From: a virus
IMG/VR virus record: IMGVR_UViG_3300031087_000004
Length of the DNA: 44,346 nt
Reading direction: 5' to 3' (one strand)
Within the stretch, counting starts at the first letter, position 1. Each line of letters starts with the position of its first letter. Positions 22,609-31,462 of the stretch are shown here, in pieces. Both the position numbers and the translations under genes were made by a program. Below the pieces are notes generated by a model. The model had not been told where the DNA came from. It searched no databases and saw only the letters and a list, made by a program, of their open reading frames with translations.

Positions 22609-24871
22609 ACGTCTAAATGCCCTGATAACGATCGGCGGCGCAGTTTCCGGGAGCCTTAAAGGAGCCTTTGGAAGCCTTAAAGGCAGTATCAGCAATATCG
22701 GCGGCACCGTCGCCGATCTCAACCGCAAACAGCGCCTGCTTAACGACTCAATAAAACGATTCGGTGAGCAGGGGCTTAACGTCGATAAACTCAAATCAAA
22801 ATATGCAGCGCAGGCCCGCCAGATCGATCAGCTGACGGCTGCGCATCGCCGCCTTAATTCCGTCCAGGCCAGAACCGAAAAAAACGAATCCAGAAAGCAG
22901 GGCATGCGCGCCGGTATCGGGGAAACTATCGCGGGCGCTATCGCCGTGGGGTACCCGATTAAAGCGGCTATGGAATTCGAAGACAAGATCGCCGAGGTGC
23001 GCAAGGTAGTGGACGCCCCCAGCGGGATGGATAAAAACACTTACTTTGGACAGCTGGGGCAGCAGATTCTGGATCTGTCTCAAAAGATTCCGATGACAGC
23101 AAGCCAGATCGGCGATCTGGTGGCAGCTGGTGGGCAGTCAGGCATCGCATCCAATGAGCTGATAGCGTTTGCAGAAGCCGCGGGCAAAATGGGCGTGGCG
23201 TTTGATATTACGGCGGAGACGGCGGGCCAGAGCATGGCCGAAATGAAATCCGCTTTTCGCATGACGCTGCCGGAAGTGATCGAGCTGGGCGATAAAATTA
23301 ATGCCCTGTCGAACGTTGGCGCAGCCAGTGCCAGTGATGTTATGGACATTGTTAAGCGCATCGGGCCGCTGGGCGAGGTGGCAAACGTATCATCGGGCCA
23401 GATTGCGGCACTAGGATCCACCCTGCGCGGCATGGGCGTGCAGAACGAAGTCGCAGCGACAGGGATTAAAAACCTGATGCTTACGCTTACGTCTGGCGCT
23501 AAGGCAACGAAGGGCCAGAAAGAGGCGTTGAAGCAGCTGGGCTACGGTTCCAAACAGGTGGCCGGTTCGATGCAGAAAGACAGCCGCGCCACTATCACGA
23601 CGATCCTCAAAAGCATTAACCGCCTCGATAAAGTGCATCGCCCGGAAGTGCTTAACGCGCTATTCGGCAAAGAGGTGGTGGGCAGTATTGCGCCACTGCT
23701 GAACAACATTGGCGAACTGGAAAGGCAATTTGATCTGGTGGGCGATAAGACCCAGTGGGCCGGATCGATGCAGAAGGAATTCGAAAGCCGCGCCGCCACC
23801 ACCAGTAACAGCCTAATCCTGCTGCGCAACCGCATGAACCGGATCGCGATAACGATCGGCAGTGCCGTGCTGCCGCAGCTGAATGCGCTGATCAATGCGT
23901 CATTCCCTTACATCGATCAAATCAGCACGCTGGTGCAGCAGCACCCGCAGCTTACGCAGGCCATCATTGCGACAGGCGCGGCCATTGTCGGATTGCGAAT
24001 CATCGCGCTGGCGTCGGGCTTTGCCTTCACGACGTTAAACGGATACTGGCTGGCCGGAGTTAAAGCCCTGACCATGCTCGACAGCGGTCTGGTGAAGGCG
24101 GGCATTAACTGGCGTCTGTTTAACATGGCGATGATTGCCAGCCCGGTGGGACTGGTTATCGCAGGCGTTGCGCTGGCCGTGGGCGCGCTGTCGCTGGCTA
24201 TCTATCGAAACTGGGACATTATCAAATCATTTATCAGCGGGGCCATAACGCCGCTGTGGGAGGGAATCAAGCCGGTGCGCGATGCGTTTAGCGGGCTGTG
24301 GGATCTGGTAGTCAGTTTCGGGAAAGATATTGGCATTACCGGCGAGAGCGTGAAGAAGTTTACGACCTGGTTTAGTGAGCTATTCACCCCGATAAATCAT
24401 AGTAAAGACGCCCTGGACGGGGCGAAAAAATCAGGCAGCGAATTCGGTACGGTGATGGCGAACGCGATCAATTTTGTTTATCAACCGCTGATCAAACTGG
24501 TGGAAGCGTTTAAGTGGCTGGACACCAACGTGGGCGGCATCATGGAGAAGGCGCAGACTTTCGGGCATAAGGAAATCAGAGGCGCAGCTGGTGCGGTAGG
24601 GGGCTTCTTCCAGAATCTTTTCGGTACCGGAGAAGACCGGCCAACCGTACCGACTGGCAACGGATGGGGGCTGGCACCGCCTGCAGTGCCGGAAATGTAT
24701 CGCGGAGCCGGAAGCCAGCAGAGCACCGATAACAGTACAACGCATATCACCGTCGTGCAGCGCCCGGGAGAGAACGGGCCAGAATTCGCGCGCCGCGTGG
24801 TGGAAGAGCAACGCAAGGCCAAAGCGCAGAAGAACAACAGCGCGATGCCTGACAATCTGGCGATACCATAA
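22598..24871 (+). CDS. Tail tape measure protein
   Basis: 757 aa. The core ...KIPMTASQIGDLVAAGGQSGIASNELIAFAEAAGKMGVAFD...INALSNVGAASASDVMD is a typical TMP core region, with hydrophobic segments in the C-terminal half. Confidence 0.9.
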   Translation: MANKRLNALITIGGAVSGSLKGAFGSLKGSISNIGGTVADLNRKQRLLNDSIKRFGEQGLNVDKLKSKYAAQARQIDQLTAAHRRLNSVQARTEKNESRKQGMRAGIGETIAGAIAVGYPIKAAMEFEDKIAEVRKVVDAPSGMDKNTYFGQLGQQILDLSQKIPMTASQIGDLVAAGGQSGIASNELIAFAEAAGKMGVAFDITAETAGQSMAEMKSAFRMTLPEVIELGDKINALSNVGAASASDVMDIVKRIGPLGEVANVSSGQIAALGSTLRGMGVQNEVAATGIKNLMLTLTSGAKATKGQKEALKQLGYGSKQVAGSMQKDSRATITTILKSINRLDKVHRPEVLNALFGKEVVGSIAPLLNNIGELERQFDLVGDKTQWAGSMQKEFESRAATTSNSLILLRNRMNRIAITIGSAVLPQLNALINASFPYIDQISTLVQQHPQLTQAIIATGAAIVGLRIIALASGFAFTTLNGYWLAGVKALTMLDSGLVKAGINWRLFNMAMIASPVGLVIAGVALAVGALSLAIYRNWDIIKSFISGAITPLWEGIKPVRDAFSGLWDLVVSFGKDIGITGESVKKFTTWFSELFTPINHSKDALDGAKKSGSEFGTVMANAINFVYQPLIKLVEAFKWLDTNVGGIMEKAQTFGHKEIRGAAGAVGGFFQNLFGTGEDRPTVPTGNGWGLAPPAVPEMYRGAGSQQSTDNSTTHITVVQRPGENGPEFARRVVEEQRKAKAQKNNSAMPDNLAIP

Positions 24872-25287
24872 TGCAAAAATCGTTTACAGCACTGGCAGCG
24901 ATGGGCAACGTTATGATGCGACTGGGGGATTATAAATTTATGATCCCCGAGGCCGTTTATCAGACGCTGGAACGGAGCACCGAATTTAAATGGCCCAGCC
25001 AGCACCGTTTCTTACTGGGGCCATCTTCCCAGTTTGTTGGCAATGGAGAAGACCGGATCACGCTTAACGGCGTGGTTTTCCCTGAGTGGCTGGGCGGGGC
25101 GGGACAGGCTGACCGATTCCGTGAAATGGGCGGCATGGGCCAGGCCTATCTGATGATTAGCGGTACAGGCGGCATTATGGGCTACTGGTTTATTGAAGCC
25201 GTCAACGAGAAACAAAGCCTTTTTGCTGCCTTTGGTACCCCACGTAAACAGGAATTTAGTTTAACCCTGCGGAGGCAGTACCCATGA
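24871..25287 (+). CDS. Tail protein, P2 gpU family
   Basis: ...GEDRITLNGVVFPEWLGG...YLMISGTGGIMGYWFIEAVNEKQSLFAAFGTPRKQEFSLTL matches the gpU pattern. Confidence 0.85.
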   Translation: MQKSFTALAAMGNVMMRLGDYKFMIPEAVYQTLERSTEFKWPSQHRFLLGPSSQFVGNGEDRITLNGVVFPEWLGGAGQADRFREMGGMGQAYLMISGTGGIMGYWFIEAVNEKQSLFAAFGTPRKQEFSLTLRRQYP

Positions 25288-25499
25288 CAATGCAGCAGTA
25301 CCGAACTAAAGCCGGTGAAACCGTCGCTTATATCGCGTGGAAGCAGTACGGCAACCAGAACCCGGGCACGGTGGAAGCCGTATTTAACGCCAACCCGACA
25401 CTGGCCGGCCAGGATCCAGAGCTACCCGCGGGCCTGCTTATCTGGCTGCCGGTAATTGAACAATCTAAACCGCAGGAGATCGTGACGCTATGGCAATAG
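25284..25499 (+). CDS. Tail protein X (P2 gpX-like)
   Basis: 71 aa. YRTKAGETVAYIAWKQYGN...VEAVFNANPTLAGQDPELPAGLLIWLP. Confidence 0.8.
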   Translation: MTMQQYRTKAGETVAYIAWKQYGNQNPGTVEAVFNANPTLAGQDPELPAGLLIWLPVIEQSKPQEIVTLWQ

Positions 25500-26623
25500 A
25501 TCCCAGCCTGATGGGCGGCCTTAAACTGGGCGTGACTGCGAACAAAGAAGACATACGCGAAGCCGTGATGGAGCGGCTTTTTTCTATGCAGCTGACCGAT
25601 GGCGCAGGATTCGAATCAGACACGCTGGAAATGGTGCTGGTAGACGATGACCCGCTAAAGCCGGTAAAGGTACCGCCGAAGGGCGCAGAGATTGAAATAA
25701 CCCTGGGCTACGAACGCTTTTACCGGAACATGGGTTTATTTGTCGTGGACGACATGGAGCTGGCGGGCTGGCCGCTGGCGCTGGTTATCCGGGCGCGTGC
25801 TGCCCCGTTCGAAAAGAGCAAGCTGGGCAAAACCCAGCTGCAGACGCAGAAGAACCGCAGCTGGGAAAAGGGAACCCGGCTGGCGGAGCTGCTGGACACG
25901 CTCGCGAAAGAACACGGCATGCAATCGGCAATCAGCGCCTCGATGGCTGGGATCGTCCTGCCGCATCTTGACCAGAAAGAAGAAAGCGACATTAACTTTT
26001 TGCTGCGCATCGCCAGGAAGTACGACGGGATCGTTAAACCGGCCGGTGGCTACCTGACGATCACAAAAAAGGGCGAGGCACTGAGCGCCAGCGGGGCGAA
26101 GCTGCCAACTGTGACGCTTACCGCGACTGAGATTACAGACTTTCGCTGGAGCACCCAGAGCCGTGATAAAGCCGGTACCGTCATTGCCTACTACAAAGTT
26201 TCGAAGAAGGCGGCGCGCGTGGAATTGAAGGTGGGCGACGGCGAGCCGGTAAAACGCATCGGCACCAACTACCCCACCAAAGAAATGGCGCTGGCGGCCG
26301 CCAAAGCACTGCTGGCGAAAACCCAGCGCAGCGAAGTGAAACTGGGCCTTACGGTGATGGGCAACCCTGAATTCATGGCAGAAATGATCGTGCAGATCCG
26401 GGACGTTCACGAAGTGGTAAACGGCGAATGGCTGGTGGAAACCTGCCGCCACCGCCTGGGCGAGCAGGGCTATCTGGTGGATCTGGAGCTGGAGCAGCCC
26501 AACGACGAATCAGAGCCGGACGTGAGCGAGCGCGAATTAAAATCACCGAAGGTAGGAGCGAAGGAGGATCCGAACGACGATTACAACGCAGGCGTGATTA
26601 CGCTACCCCCGTTAAAAAAATAG
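25490..26623 (+). CDS. Tail/late control protein D (P2 gpD-like)
   Basis: 377 aa. ...QLTDGAGFESDTLEMVLVDD...EIEITLGY...DINFLLRIARKYDGIVKPAGG. Last gene of the P2-type tail block. Confidence 0.85.
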   Translation: MAIDPSLMGGLKLGVTANKEDIREAVMERLFSMQLTDGAGFESDTLEMVLVDDDPLKPVKVPPKGAEIEITLGYERFYRNMGLFVVDDMELAGWPLALVIRARAAPFEKSKLGKTQLQTQKNRSWEKGTRLAELLDTLAKEHGMQSAISASMAGIVLPHLDQKEESDINFLLRIARKYDGIVKPAGGYLTITKKGEALSASGAKLPTVTLTATEITDFRWSTQSRDKAGTVIAYYKVSKKAARVELKVGDGEPVKRIGTNYPTKEMALAAAKALLAKTQRSEVKLGLTVMGNPEFMAEMIVQIRDVHEVVNGEWLVETCRHRLGEQGYLVDLELEQPNDESEPDVSERELKSPKVGAKEDPNDDYNAGVITLPPLKK

Positions 26624-26652
26624 TTGACCGCAGTTATACGCCCGTATAGACT
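26624..26652 (+). promoter_or_regulatory. Early promoter candidate with operator palindrome (site a)
   Basis: TTGACC at 26624-26629; 17 nt; TAGACT at 26647-26652. tTATACGccCGTATAg at 26634-26649 fills the spacer. Confidence 0.55.
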
Positions 26653-26689
26653 CCATATGAACGTTGCCACCCCCGGCAACCATATGGAG
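26651..26689 (+). promoter_or_regulatory. Leader hairpin that pairs with the Shine-Dalgarno sequence of the first early gene
   Basis: ctccatatg(26651-59)/catatggag(26681-89) plus inner gttgcc/ggcaac, giving 15 bp with a 3-nt bulge. The GGAG at 26686-89 is the SD for ATG 26698. Confidence 0.5.
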
Positions 26690-26697
26690 TAACCCAG

Positions 26698-27729
26698 ATG
26701 AACCAACCGAATAAGATCCGCAGCTGCGCCACCGGCCAGCGTTGCCTTTCCCACTACCACGGCACCAACCACCCGGAATCGTGCACGCTTTGCGGCGAGT
26801 GTGGCTATTACCATGCTTCAACCGATGTTCACGCATCCGATCCGAAAACTGCGACGCTGCAGGATGGCAGCTGGCTGCGCGCTGGCATGATCCGCCCGAT
26901 GGATCGCGTAGAGCTGGCGGGCGTTTTCCATACCGTTACCGGCTTTAAAGATGAAGGTGACGTGGTGCACCTGGACTTTGAAAACATCCAGCCGCAGACA
27001 TTCAACATCAACACAATGTTTCGCGTTGAAAAGTCGCTGAGCAGCCAGAAAAACGATCAGTCGCTATTCCAGTCAATCCGCCAGGCCGTAGCCAGTGCAG
27101 AGGCGGTAAAGCGCCCGACACCGGCTGACGCCGACGACTGGGGGCTGCAGGTTTTCGACTGGATGGAAGGCGCGATCCGCATGCTGAAAAACCGCGAGTG
27201 GGCGGAGCAGATGCCGCTTAGTAACGCAATGCTGTGTGACCTGGAAACGCAAATCAGCGAGCTGGTGGGCAGCGCCAGCCGTTACACCGAAGTGCAGTCC
27301 AAATTCCGGGCAGCTGTCGCCACGCTGGAATCGCTGGGTTATTCGTACCCGGTGGACGGTGCGGAGCAATGGCGGCCAGCGCAGGGAGATATGCCGGATT
27401 ATATCAAGTGGGAAAAAGGCATTATTTCCGGCCTGCCACCACTTCACGCCAGAATTGTATTTGATTTTCCGCAGTGGGGGCACGTTCAAACAGGCCGCGT
27501 GATGGGGATAAGCGATAAACATATTATTATTTCGTACCAAGACGAAAGCCGGGACGAACCGGAAGAAATCGCCGTGGAATTATGTGAGGTAACAATCTGG
27601 CCTTATTCCGAGGCAGATCACAATCGCGCAAATGAATTAGCCATCGCTATGCTCGTTGATGTTTCGAGCTATAACAGCGCGCACTATTACCGCATGGCTT
27701 ACCGCTTATTAAAATCGGGAAAAATTTAA
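26698..27729 (+). CDS. Hypothetical early protein with an N-terminal Cys/His cluster
   Basis: 343 aa. CATGQRCLSHYHGTNHPESCTLCGECGYYH suggests a zinc-binding module. No further recognisable domain. Confidence 0.6.
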   Translation: MNQPNKIRSCATGQRCLSHYHGTNHPESCTLCGECGYYHASTDVHASDPKTATLQDGSWLRAGMIRPMDRVELAGVFHTVTGFKDEGDVVHLDFENIQPQTFNINTMFRVEKSLSSQKNDQSLFQSIRQAVASAEAVKRPTPADADDWGLQVFDWMEGAIRMLKNREWAEQMPLSNAMLCDLETQISELVGSASRYTEVQSKFRAAVATLESLGYSYPVDGAEQWRPAQGDMPDYIKWEKGIISGLPPLHARIVFDFPQWGHVQTGRVMGISDKHIIISYQDESRDEPEEIAVELCEVTIWPYSEADHNRANELAIAMLVDVSSYNSAHYYRMAYRLLKSGKI

Positions 27730-27730
27730 T

Positions 27731-28042
27731 ATGACTGAACACTACTCTATTGAGGGCGAGCCATGCCCGACAGGATTTAAAAAGGTGGGACGCATTGCGC
27801 ACGCCATCCCGGAGCAATTGAAGTGCAGCCAGTGCGGCGCGTACCACAAAGAAGTAATGGACGCTTACCTGCGCGATGAAAGGGCGCTACGTGAGCAGGA
27901 AGGCGCAGTGCAAATAAAACAACTGGCCGAACAAATGCTGGAAGAAATAGCCGAAAACGAGCCTGATTTATCCGTGGGGCAGGCGCGCTTTTTGGCAAAG
28001 GCTTTGGCTTTGTGGGCATTTAACAAAGGATGCAGACCATGA
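27731..28042 (+). CDS. Hypothetical protein (CxxxxC...CxxC pattern)
   Basis: 103 aa, tightly packed after the previous gene. Confidence 0.55.
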   Translation: MTEHYSIEGEPCPTGFKKVGRIAHAIPEQLKCSQCGAYHKEVMDAYLRDERALREQEGAVQIKQLAEQMLEEIAENEPDLSVGQARFLAKALALWAFNKGCRP

Positions 28043-28260
28043 CACGCCGTAAAATTAAATTCAGTACGGACTATTTCGACGTCACGCCGGAAGGCACTGA
28101 AATGACCATCGAAGCCAAAAACGTAGACGTTACGGAAATTTTTGACGCCAATATGGCGATCGATGAACTGGATCACCGTGACCTGCTTAATTTAATGAAC
28201 GCTGCCGACGTAGCCGACTGGCTGCGCGGTGAAGGCTATCACGTAGAGGAAGAAGAATAA
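28039..28260 (+). CDS. Hypothetical acidic protein
   Basis: ATGA overlap with the upstream stop, with aaagga 8 nt upstream (an alternative ATG is at 28030). Ends in EEEE. Confidence 0.5.
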   Translation: MTRRKIKFSTDYFDVTPEGTEMTIEAKNVDVTEIFDANMAIDELDHRDLLNLMNAADVADWLRGEGYHVEEEE

Positions 28261-28547
28261 TGGCTATAACCCAGAACACCAACCGCCCGCATCTGGAGCA
28301 CGTAGGGCGCGTCGTATCTTATGAACTCCACCACCGTGGCGAGAACGGCCCGCGCCAGGTCACTTTTGGCTGCGTGGCTATCGACTCAACTTACGAAAAG
28401 GGCGCGCCGCGTGGTGCTGCTGAACTGCTGGCTTACATCAATAAAGCGGCGTTTGACGAAGCCGCGAAAGACCCCGGATTCATCGAAAACTGGGGCGAAA
28501 ACCCGGATGAATTTTTCGTAACCATCCAGCACGAATTCCGCACCTAA
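28260..28547 (+). CDS. Hypothetical protein
   Basis: 95 aa, TAATG overlap with the upstream gene. Confidence 0.55.
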   Translation: MAITQNTNRPHLEHVGRVVSYELHHRGENGPRQVTFGCVAIDSTYEKGAPRGAAELLAYINKAAFDEAAKDPGFIENWGENPDEFFVTIQHEFRT

Positions 28548-28778
28548 TCCGGCTGGATTCGACTTATCACTAACCTATCACTTTTCCAAACGCGGCTTTT
28601 CGGATATACTGCCGGAAGCCGCAGCCAGCAAGGCTTCGCGCGGATAGCTGGTTTTTATGTGCAATGCTTAGTATGAGCATTAAACATTGCGCGTTAAGAT
28701 TTTGATTTCGTTAACAATTGCAGTAAATCGACAGTAACTAAACTCAACGTAAACTATCACGCAAAAAGGCGGTAAAAA

Positions 28779-29720
28779 ATGGGCAATAAAATCACGTTTA
28801 TCATCGCGCCAGTGGGCTGCGCGTTTCACCATATCGGGCCTATCAGCCAGTCAATCAAAGCGAAGTTTGTTACCGAAGTTTATCGGGGAGCCTGCGCCGA
28901 AGACCTGCCGAAACTTATCGACAATCAGCCGGGGCATCATGCCGTTTTCGTCAACACCAGCCGCGAGGCTTTAAAGCTGATTTACCCTAACGCGGAAATC
29001 ATCGGCTATTACGACGCATGCCGCGCTGCTGGCGTTAGCCCGTTTCATACCGGCAACGGCCAGCTGATTGCGCCGCTGAATCACGCCGCGTCACTGGCTG
29101 CAGCCGCTACAGAGACGTTTAAACCCCGGGAAACTTACGGCGTGCTGATGGAAGTAGCCACCGAGCGGGCGAAGCAAATCAGCAAAGGCTTTGATGCCAG
29201 CCAGGATGATCGCTACACCGAAAACGAACTGGTGCTGGCAGCCACCGCATACAGCAGTAACGTGGCGGTGCCGCGTCATTCAGTAGAGGTTCCTTATTCG
29301 TGGCCGTGGGATGCTCAATATTTTAAACCAGAAGGCCGCCGCGCTGACCTGATCAAAGCAGCCGCTTTGCTGGTGGCCGAGATTGAACGGATGGATCGCG
29401 CGGTGGCGGCGAAGACCAGCGGCACGATCGATCCGGTTATCCCGGAAGGCTTTAACGCCTGGCGCGGTGACGATGATTTGCCGCCTGTGGCAAAAAGCAA
29501 ACGCGTAGATGTGCTGGTGCAATTCAATGATAAACAGCCTCGACTTTTAAACGCAGTTAATCCTTTTGTAGAGTCAGACAAAGAAATGGATCTGGCATGG
29601 TTTAAGAAGGGAGGCGGAAACAAAATCCTAGCGTGGCGTCTTACGCCGGTTCCAATGTGCGAATTTTGCCACGGCCTTGATGGCAACCACAAAACCGGAT
29701 GCTGCCGGGTGGCAGGCTGA
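28779..29720 (+). CDS. Hypothetical protein. The central region resembles the DUF550 / MazG-like dNTP pyrophosphohydrolase family.
   Basis: 313 aa. ...GFDASQDDRYTENELVLAATAYS...WPWDAQYFKPEGRRADLIKAAALLVAEIERMDR recalls the conserved ...WPW..WKP...R.L.KAGALI.AEIDRL pattern, from memory only. The C-terminus has CEFCHG..H..GCC. Preceded by a 230-bp AT-rich spacer. Confidence 0.4.
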   Translation: MGNKITFIIAPVGCAFHHIGPISQSIKAKFVTEVYRGACAEDLPKLIDNQPGHHAVFVNTSREALKLIYPNAEIIGYYDACRAAGVSPFHTGNGQLIAPLNHAASLAAAATETFKPRETYGVLMEVATERAKQISKGFDASQDDRYTENELVLAATAYSSNVAVPRHSVEVPYSWPWDAQYFKPEGRRADLIKAAALLVAEIERMDRAVAAKTSGTIDPVIPEGFNAWRGDDDLPPVAKSKRVDVLVQFNDKQPRLLNAVNPFVESDKEMDLAWFKKGGGNKILAWRLTPVPMCEFCHGLDGNHKTGCCRVAG

Positions 29721-29853
29721 TGGTTAAGCGCGTGCGCGGCCCGGAGGATGATCACACCGCCAGCGCCGGTTACATGTTCGGGAAAGGGGCGTGCATAGCC
29801 ATTTCCCTAATCATTGCGTTTCTTATTTTGTGCATAGTGGCAGAGGTGATTTT

Positions 29854-30147
29854 ATGATTAACGCGTTATTTATGGGCGGCGTTGCCGATGGCAAACGCAT
29901 GCAGGTGGCCGACAACGTGCAGCGGGTTACTATCCCGGAAATGCCGGATTTAGTTTCCCTGGCTGCAAGCCCGACGCCGCCTGATGTTATCCCGACCTTT
30001 AAAGAAACCACTTATTACCGCGTAGACGGCATTTTTTTACGAGATACCGCCGTTTTTACGCCTAAAATGAACCCGACCATCGGCGACCTTATGCGCATGC
30101 TGCTGAATGGGTACCGCCCGGAGGCCGATCGAAATGCTGAGCAATAA
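29854..30147 (+). CDS. Hypothetical small protein overlapping the integrase start (an RDF/excisionase role is possible but unsupported)
   Basis: ATG 29854 after agaggtg. 97 aa, with a 14-nt overlap with int. Confidence 0.45.
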   Translation: MINALFMGGVADGKRMQVADNVQRVTIPEMPDLVSLAASPTPPDVIPTFKETTYYRVDGIFLRDTAVFTPKMNPTIGDLMRMLLNGYRPEADRNAEQ

Positions 30148-31348
30148 CGACATTAAAAAGGCGGTGGCAAACGCCACCGGCACCCAGTGGATCACCGACA
30201 GCAGCGAGGGTTACGGCAAAGGTAGCCTGGTGCTGAAAGTGACTGCCGGGAAGAAGGGCACGACGGCGGCGTGGTTTATCGTCTGGACGGTGGCGGGCAA
30301 ATTGCACCGGCACAAAATCGGCAACCTGGGCGACGTGGTAGCCAGCGAGGCCCGGGAGATTTACCGCGAGTTTGATTTGTCTGATCCGGCAGCAGAGAAA
30401 CCGACCACTGGCGGAACGGTGCTGGATTTGTTTTCGAACTATATCGATCACCTGGCAGACCGTGGCGCGCGAAGCGTTGACCAGCTGCGGCGCATTTTGA
30501 TTACCGGGCAGAATAACGTCGCTTCGCAGCTGGGATCTGACCGGGAGGCCAGCACGATTAAGCCTGACGACGTGGTGGTGATCCTCTACCACGTGAATGC
30601 TGCCGGTAAAAAACGCATGGCCGACGCCGTGCGCACCGCGATAAACGCCGCGTTTAACTGGGCTATCCAGAGCCGGTTCGACTACACGGACAAGCGCGCA
30701 CGCGACTGGGGGATCACCACCAACCCCGTGGCGGTGGTGACGAAAGACCGCAGCGCCAAAGTGGCCCGCGATCGCAACCTGAAAGCGGAGGAATTGCGCG
30801 CTGTCTGGAACTACGAAAACGCGCTGGCCGGTGACGTGATGCGGCTGATCATCTGCTGCGGGCAGCGCGTGCTGGAAACGCTGAGGATTGAGGGGCGCGA
30901 CGTCGATCTGGACGCCCGGATCTGGACGCAGCCAGCAGAGAAGACGAAAGGCGGCACGCGTTCGCATGCGGTACCGCTGCCGGATCAGGCGGTGGCCATA
31001 CTGGCCAGGCTCAAAGAGAAGCACGGAGACGGGTACCTATTCCCGGCGAAGGGGGCAAAAGAGTGCCCGCATATTTCGCTGACGACACTCAACCGCGCCA
31101 CGCAACGGGTACCGGGGGCCGAACCTTTCCAGGCGCGTGACCTGCGCCGAACGTGGAAGAGCCGAGCCGGTGACGCTGGGATCCCCCGCGACATGCGCGA
31201 CATGATCCAGCAGCACTTTAAAGGCGATACCGGCAGTAAGTTTTATGACCGTTACGACTACGCGAAGGAGAAGCGCGAGGCAATGGATAGCTGGCAGGCA
31301 TGGCTGGATAGTAACGTTACGAACAATTTGCATTCAGATGATTCTTAA
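30134..31348 (+). CDS. int: Tyrosine integrase, P4-type (N-terminal arm-binding DUF4102-like domain)
   Basis: ggagg lies 9 nt before ATG 30134. N-terminus: LSNNDIKKAV...GSLVLKVTAGKKGTTAAWFIVW..GKLHRHKIGNLGDVVASEAREIYRE. C-terminus: ARDLRRTWKSRAGDAGI...QQHFKGDTGSKFYDRYDY..EKREAMDSWQAWL (R..HxxR..Y catalytic pattern). Confidence 0.88.
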   Translation: MLSNNDIKKAVANATGTQWITDSSEGYGKGSLVLKVTAGKKGTTAAWFIVWTVAGKLHRHKIGNLGDVVASEAREIYREFDLSDPAAEKPTTGGTVLDLFSNYIDHLADRGARSVDQLRRILITGQNNVASQLGSDREASTIKPDDVVVILYHVNAAGKKRMADAVRTAINAAFNWAIQSRFDYTDKRARDWGITTNPVAVVTKDRSAKVARDRNLKAEELRAVWNYENALAGDVMRLIICCGQRVLETLRIEGRDVDLDARIWTQPAEKTKGGTRSHAVPLPDQAVAILARLKEKHGDGYLFPAKGAKECPHISLTTLNRATQRVPGAEPFQARDLRRTWKSRAGDAGIPRDMRDMIQQHFKGDTGSKFYDRYDYAKEKREAMDSWQAWLDSNVTNNLHSDDS

Positions 31349-31462
31349 ACTAGATTAACCAGACCGATGCAGCGGGATCCGCCTATTTGTTTTTTGTTCG
31401 GTTGCGTGGTGGTGCGAGGTGGGCGGATCTCGCTGTGTCGTCAACACCAGGGCAGTGCGTAA

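Noticed and set aside
27803-27821. Possible fifth copy of the late element (GCCATCCCGGAGCAATTGA) inside ORF 27731..28042
   Set aside because: Only the GCCATCCCG core matches. An indel disrupts the ATGAC part, and no phased -10-like hexamer is evident. Mentioned in the main finding but not counted as a site.
30089-31024. Long minus-strand ORFs: 30089..31024 (311 aa), 35809..36834 (341 aa), 12437..13174, 25736..26452, 39237..39911, 6079..6675
   Set aside because: Each is antisense to a well-supported + strand gene (int, helicase, morphogenesis genes, gpD, dam, terL). They are rich in R/A/G/P/H, and I saw no recognisable domains or convincing SD-ATG contexts. They are typical antisense open frames in GC-rich coding DNA.
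31407-31433. A tRNA 3'-end-like sequence on the minus strand (…ccgcccacctcgcaccacca) as a tRNA gene or a definite attP core
   Set aside because: No T-arm or complete cloverleaf can be folded, because the 5' partner of the presumed T-stem is missing. At best it is a partial attP core, kept only as a low-confidence note in the attP finding.
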